Shown here one piece after another: positions 58,576 to 64,000 of a stretch of 64,000 bases of DNA (the stretch's first letter is position 1; each line of letters begins with the position of its first letter). Origin of the DNA: Azolla caroliniana (lineage: Eukaryota > Plantae > Polypodiophyta). Below the pieces are notes generated by a model, which saw only the letters and a list, made by a program, of their open reading frames with translations, did not search any database and had not been told where the DNA came from. Position numbers and translations under genes: made by a program. The stretch is from the NCBI GenBank assembly GCA_043228905.1, contig JBHGNT010000003.1, positions 14,756,001 to 14,820,000 of the forward strand, given 5' to 3'.

Positions 58576-60008
58576 CCTTGATAAAGGGTTGCCCAAGGAT
58601 CACGAAATGTGAGACCTCGTCTTGTACGAAGAAATTTTGGTCGATCTCGACATCCCCAATCTTCACCATCACATCCGGACAAGCCGCAAATAGATCTTCC
58701 ATTGCTTTAGTCGTTGCCCGGATCTTCCATCCATGGTTAGTGTTTATAGGCCACTTCCCCTTCTGGTAGAACTCCTTGGACATCAAATTGATCTCCGATC
58801 CATGATCAATCAATGCTAGCACGGGCTCTTTGATGTTGCTGATTCGGACCGGAGTCTCCATAGTTGCACGTGCCCAGTGTGGCCTTGTGTAGTGGGAGTT
58901 CGGAATTTCGTCCTCCACTTCGGTGTCATTCATTAAAACGGTATTTGCATTCACCCTTGGAGCATTTTCCTCCGTACTTTGTCTTTTTCTCTTCACGAGA
59001 TCCACAAGAAGATCGTGGAACTCCTTCTTCGCTATTCCGAGTAATTCCCAAAGTGAAAATTCTACCCGGCTATCGAGGATTCTCTCCTCGAACACCTTTT
59101 TCAAGTCCGTTTGTTGTTCGATGTCCGAAGCGAGTTTGAATGCTGAAATCATCTTTCCTTTTCCCTTCCCTCCGGAGTTCCAGCTTTCCGGTGTCTTCGA
59201 TGGTCCGGCCGCATCATCCGTGCGCCGTCGTTTCTCGTCTATATACACTTCATGCAATTGACATAAGATGTACACGCGATTCTTATCGACGGGGCACTCC
59301 CATCCCGTAGCTTTACAGATGCTTTCCGCGGTGCTTCGGATCTCATTGGAGTTTATTTTCTCAGGGTTTTTTAGCACATCCGGCCAAAAAGACGCCTTTG
59401 CTCCTTATGACTCACCCATACTTATTCCCGCGGTTGTCGCATAATTACCTTTCACCGCTATTTCCTCCTCTAGGACCTTCTTCATGCCGCCTTTCTGGAA
59501 GTTCGGCTGGAGTGTCTTCCGAGAGTATATCGAATGAATTCGATTTCCCTCGTAGTAGATAAGATCTTGTCGTAACGCCTCCTTGTGGTCATCGTAATCC
59601 CTCCGATCATGTTCGTTGCTATCACACCATATACACCGATGATCCATATACTTGGAACTTGTGGGACGGTCATCCGACTTCTTCACCATTGCGATTTTTA
59701 GATTCTCCATCTCCTTTAGCAACTGCTCCACCGTGGTTGTGTCGATTCCCTTCTCAGTCGTAGTCTCCCGAGCCCACGGTTGATGGTCTTCCAGTTCGGA
59801 TCTTTGTTTCGGAATCGGTTCCGAAACCCTCTTTTCTTCGTTAGCAAGGCATTGCCCCCTCTTCGTGTATCACGCTGTCGTGATGTGGCATGTCTAGTGC
59901 GAGAAAAACTCAAAAATTGAGGATCCACACACATTTCACGAATACTTGTAAAAATGAAAATAAATAAACCTAGGTCACAATGGCATTGAGTGCATGTAGA
60001 GGGTTGCA

Positions 60009-60070
60009 AGTAGGATTTGAACCTTGCACCTCTAAGGTAAGAGGCAATTACCTTACCACTAAAGCTACTA
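60009..60070 (-). promoter_or_regulatory. tRNA-like Pol III A/B-box cassette in element D LTR (also ~62970-63031)
   Basis: Minus strand TAGCTTTAGTGG-N32-GGTTCAAATCC. Confidence 0.65.
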
Positions 60071-60576
60071 CTAAGTGCTTTAGATGTTCTATATTTCTTT
60101 CTCATATTCAGTATTCCGTAGGAAACAAACGAACAAAACCGTGTACACAAAACCACGGTTTTAAGCCCATGGTTTCCTGCATGTCACAAAGCAAAACTGT
60201 GTGCACAAAAACCATGGCTCCAAGCCCATGGTTTTGTGCATGGACAAACCTATAAAACCCCTAGTACGGCTTGTGTAAGGGGGGGCTCAATGTGATATGA
60301 GCATCATCATCACCATCAATAATATAAGCTTCTATTTCTTCTTCTTCGCATCTATCTTGTAATTATTTATCTACTTCTGAAAGTGTACAATCTTCAATCT
60401 TCTCAAGTGTAATAGGTCTTCCTCCAATCTTACATTCACATCGTCCTCTTCTCAATACCTTGACAGACATCCTGCTTGGTCCAAGACCCTGGTGGTCCTG
60501 CTCAAGTGAAGCACGCTCGCACGCGCATCTTCGCGACATTTTTTGGTGAACCCGACGTGAAGAGCGGTAGGGGAGG

Positions 60577-61893
60577 ATGAAGCTGGACGAGGAATATCTA
60601 ATGAAGGCAATGTCAAAGATGATGATGGAGTTTTCAAGAGAAGGGAAAACACGACATGCGGCCCAACAAGCCGTTGAAAGCATGATCAAGCGAGTCGGGT
60701 TTTTGGATGGAGGCAAAGTCCAAAAATTTCTAAAGGCCTACAATGCCGAAATGGATTCAAGAGGAGTGGAGGAAGCAATGAGGCTGGAGTACTTTTGTCG
60801 AGTGGTGGCCGAACCGATCTTCGAAGAGATTAAAGAGATTCAAAAAACTCACGATTCGTGGGTGTCCTTCAAAGAAGCTTTACGAGAGTCATATGGTTAC
60901 GAAGAGCAAAAGGGACGCGGTCTGTATGAGTTTCACGAATGGGTGTCATCGAGAAAGACCCACCAGAGTGCTATGCATGCATTCGTTGAGTTTGAGTATC
61001 GCTTCGCTCAACTCTCGGACCGGGATCGAAGATTGGTGGGGGTGAATAAAGTTCTGATGTTTGTAAAGTCAATCGATCGGAATGAAAGGAAGACCATTGG
61101 AATCCAACTCGAGGATGACAATGGTGAAAATGGCCTCACTGAGGATTGGGCCAAAGTGGAAAGGGTATGCCGACAACACGATAAGAGGGAGATGAGACTC
61201 TCATCGACCAGAACACGACCCACAAGGGATGTTCAAAGGAGAATGGGATGTGGCAATAAAAACCCACTGAAGGAAGAAAGCTCGAAGAGGGAAGCTTCGA
61301 AAGAACTCAACATAGAAGCCTTGATGAGAGAGGCAATAATGAACTTAAAGGCACAAGTCGAGGTTGAAGAGAAGCTGAAAACAAAACCGAGGAAAATGGT
61401 GATCGACGAAGAGGAGACCTCCCGACAAATGCAGACTAATGGTGCGGCCAATACGAAGGCCCAAGTTTGGTATGACAGTACCATGGGAGAAGGTGTGAAA
61501 GAAGACACCTTCTCAACTTATGGAGGAACGACGGTCGAGAGAAGGGCCGAAGACTCGAGAGCGGGAAATGCTGCTTTAAGAGTGGACGAGCATTTCAGAA
61601 CACATGTTGTGTCCGAAATATCGAGTAATGAAGGTGCAAGCATGAGGGAAGCTTGCGTGATCAAGGGATGTAAAGAGTGCGAGGTCGACGTGATTGAGGC
61701 GGTAGCCACGAGAAATGACATCAAGTCGCAAATGGCTAAGGAAGAGTTCACGGCGGATGACCGTGTCGAGACTTTCCCAACACTTGATCTAGAGACTTGG
61801 GCAGTTGCGTCTGAGAGCCAACATGAGACCCAAGAGACGGAAAGTGGTGGGGAAGAAAATATTGAAGACAATGCGAATAACAACATTGAGTGA
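60577..61893 (+). CDS. Gag-like protein of element D (same frame continues past one stop to 62442)
   Basis: GFLDGGKVQKFLKAYNAEM..., FEYRFAQLS..KVLMFVKSID..GLTEDW homologous to Gypsy A/B Gag; acidic repetitive C-terminus. Confidence 0.85.
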   Translation: MKLDEEYLMKAMSKMMMEFSREGKTRHAAQQAVESMIKRVGFLDGGKVQKFLKAYNAEMDSRGVEEAMRLEYFCRVVAEPIFEEIKEIQKTHDSWVSFKEALRESYGYEEQKGRGLYEFHEWVSSRKTHQSAMHAFVEFEYRFAQLSDRDRRLVGVNKVLMFVKSIDRNERKTIGIQLEDDNGENGLTEDWAKVERVCRQHDKREMRLSSTRTRPTRDVQRRMGCGNKNPLKEESSKREASKELNIEALMREAIMNLKAQVEVEEKLKTKPRKMVIDEEETSRQMQTNGAANTKAQVWYDSTMGEGVKEDTFSTYGGTTVERRAEDSRAGNAALRVDEHFRTHVVSEISSNEGASMREACVIKGCKECEVDVIEAVATRNDIKSQMAKEEFTADDRVETFPTLDLETWAVASESQHETQETESGGEENIEDNANNNIE

Positions 61894-64000
61894 AAGATGG
61901 CTACGGATGAGAAGACGGTGACTGATGGTGTCGAGGTTCTCCCCACATTTCTTCCTGAGACTTCGGCAATTGTGCCCGAGTGTCAACATGAGACCGGAGA
62001 GACGGAAGGTGACGACAAGAAATCGAAGGACCAAAGTGGCAATGAGGACGATGAACACAGACGAAGGGATCCCTCCACACCGGTTCCGAAGACTTCGGCA
62101 GTTGTGCCTGAGAGCCAACATCAGACCGGAGAGATGGAAGGTGGCAGCGAGGAGATGAGGGTCGAAGCCGGCGCATACAGAGGAACGGTTGCCAACAAGG
62201 AGGCCAAAAACAAAGCTACAATAGAGTTCGATGAAGAGCCAAAGAGCGGCAAGAAAGGAAGAACCGGAATACAATCGAGATGGAAGATGACTCGGTTGGT
62301 ATTCCGACCCGAACGGAAGCCGACCCGGACGAGAGTTGATCAACCAGGCCCGACCCAACTGAAAACCGGACAGAAACTAACCCGAACGAAAGTCGATCAT
62401 CTAAGTCCGATTCGGCCGAATGCGAATCCGAACGAAGGCTGACCAAGCCAGAAGTTGATTGGTCGAGACCAATCCCGACAGAAGTTGAGCCAGCCTAGAC
62501 AGAGGTCGAAGCAAACGAGTCGCGACATCCAGTCGAGGCTGTTGAGCATAAGGAAAGGCAAGCATGAGACGAGAAAGGATGATAAAGGAAAGTTAAGTGA
62601 CCAAGGAGATGGCCGAGATGAAGGTGGCACATGCACGAGGCATGAAGCGTTATGCTCGGGAGGAGCACAGGGAGCCTTGACAACTAGACATGGCAATAAA
62701 AAAGGTGAGCGAATGATATGGTGGATCGGATGGCAACGACAGTTCGAAGTAGACGACAAAAAGACGGTGCGGATGAGGCACAAGAAAGGAGGAAATGAAA
62801 CACCAACCACCTTTGACCCTTCCACATCACTCTTTTCTTCTTGGCACATATCGGAGGATGTGCGGTTTGGTGGGGGTGGATGTCGTGATGTGGCATGTCT
62901 AGTGCGAGAGAAACTCAAAAATTGAGGATCCACACATATTTCACGAATACTTGTAAAAATGGGGTTGCAAGTAGGATTTGAACCTTGCACCTCTAAGGTA
63001 AGAGGCAATTACCTTACCACTAAAGCTACTACTAAGTGCTTTAGATGTTCTATATTTCTTTCTCATATTCAGTATTCCGTAGGAAACAAACGAACAAAAC
63101 CGTGTACACAAAACCATAGTTTTAAGCCCATGGTTTCCTGCATGTCACAAAGCAAAACTGTGTGCACAAAAACCATGGCTCCAAGCCCATGGTTTTGTGC
63201 ATGGACAAACCTATAAAACCCCTAGTACGGCTTGTGTAAGGGGGGGCTCAATGTGATATGAGCATCATCATCACCATCAATAATATAAGCTTCTATTTCT
63301 TCTTCTTCGCATCTATCTTGTAATTATTTATCTACTTCTGAAAGTGTACAATCTTCAATCTTCTCAAGTGTAATAGGTCTTCCTCCAATCTTACATTCAC
63401 ATCGTCCTCTTCTCAATACCTTGACAGACATCCTCCTTGGTCCAAGACCCCGGTGGTCCCGCTCAAGCGAAGCACGCTCGCACGCGCATCTTCGCGACAA
63501 CGCAACGATATCCCGCACGCTTTCCCATGTTTCGGTGAGGCCACTCTCAGTGGTTGTGTCCTCCAAAAGCACTCCAAGATCGTTCTGGTCCTGGATGTCC
63601 ACGACTCGTAGGAACATGATCACTTTGTTTGGTGCGAGGATAGCTTGATCTCTCGCAAACAACCTCCCGAACCGACTTTCGAATGATGAAAACACATCGA
63701 GGACCTTCATCCCCTTATCTGGTGTTTCCACCCAATCTTCGAATCCCCTCCTCGTTGCCTTGATGGCGAACGTGGTCTTTAGCGCCTCTTCAAATGCCTC
63801 CCACGTCGGATTTTATTGTCGTATCCCATGGATACTCCCCTGGATACTCCCTTGAAGCTCGTCGGTCACCACCCGGTTGAAGGATGTCATTTGTAGTCCT
63901 TCCGAAATCTCGCACCGTAGCATTTCCACCTTGTAATCTCGCAAATATCGCGACACGTCTTTCCCGTTGAATTTCCTGTTCCGTTGCATGAGCTGCTCTA

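Larger units (their letters stand above)
59876..63499 (+). mobile_element. Non-autonomous gag-only LTR element D (TR-GAG-like), tRNA-Trp PBS, ACGC TSD
   Basis: LTRs 59876-60538 and 62881-63499 (latter lacks 44 bp); PBS 60544-60560; PPT 62868-62880; TSD acgc at 59872-75 and 63500-03; no PR/RT/IN motifs. Confidence 0.92.
57100..64000 (-). mobile_element. Degenerate copy C of the Gypsy B family (gag-pro and pol start), interrupted by a solo LTR and a gag-only element
   Basis: Segments 57100-57833, 58576-59875 and 63500-64000 match the reverse complement of ~41955-44480. Confidence 0.9.

Overview
Eukaryotic, intron-containing, TE-dense DNA from a land plant (probably a non-seed plant such as a bryophyte; inference from the TE families present). 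The left third holds the N-terminal half of a minus-strand chloroplast MATE transporter gene (EDS5/DTX46-like). Its ~14-kb intron contains an intact RTE-X-like LINE and several LINE fragments. A decayed MULE follows. From 27345 to 55592 lies a TIR-bounded Sola-like (DDD) DNA transposon of ~7.5 kb net length. Besides its transposase it carries a divergently transcribed, spliced gene for a ParB-like domain fused to a prokaryote-type beta-class DNA amino-methyltransferase (N6-A/N4-C). This element was fragmented by a Gypsy insertion, a Copia insertion (itself hosting an intact Gypsy), a ~12.2-kb inversion and an exon triplication, and can be reassembled from TSDs and splice sites. The right end is a nest of further LTR elements. 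The tRNA-Trp-primed Gypsy elements share a G_GAU_UUU -1 frameshift signal with a predicted pseudoknot and a pre-PPT hairpin. Three different LTR families carry antisense tRNA-like A/B-box cassettes. All calls come from manual reading; no database searches were run.
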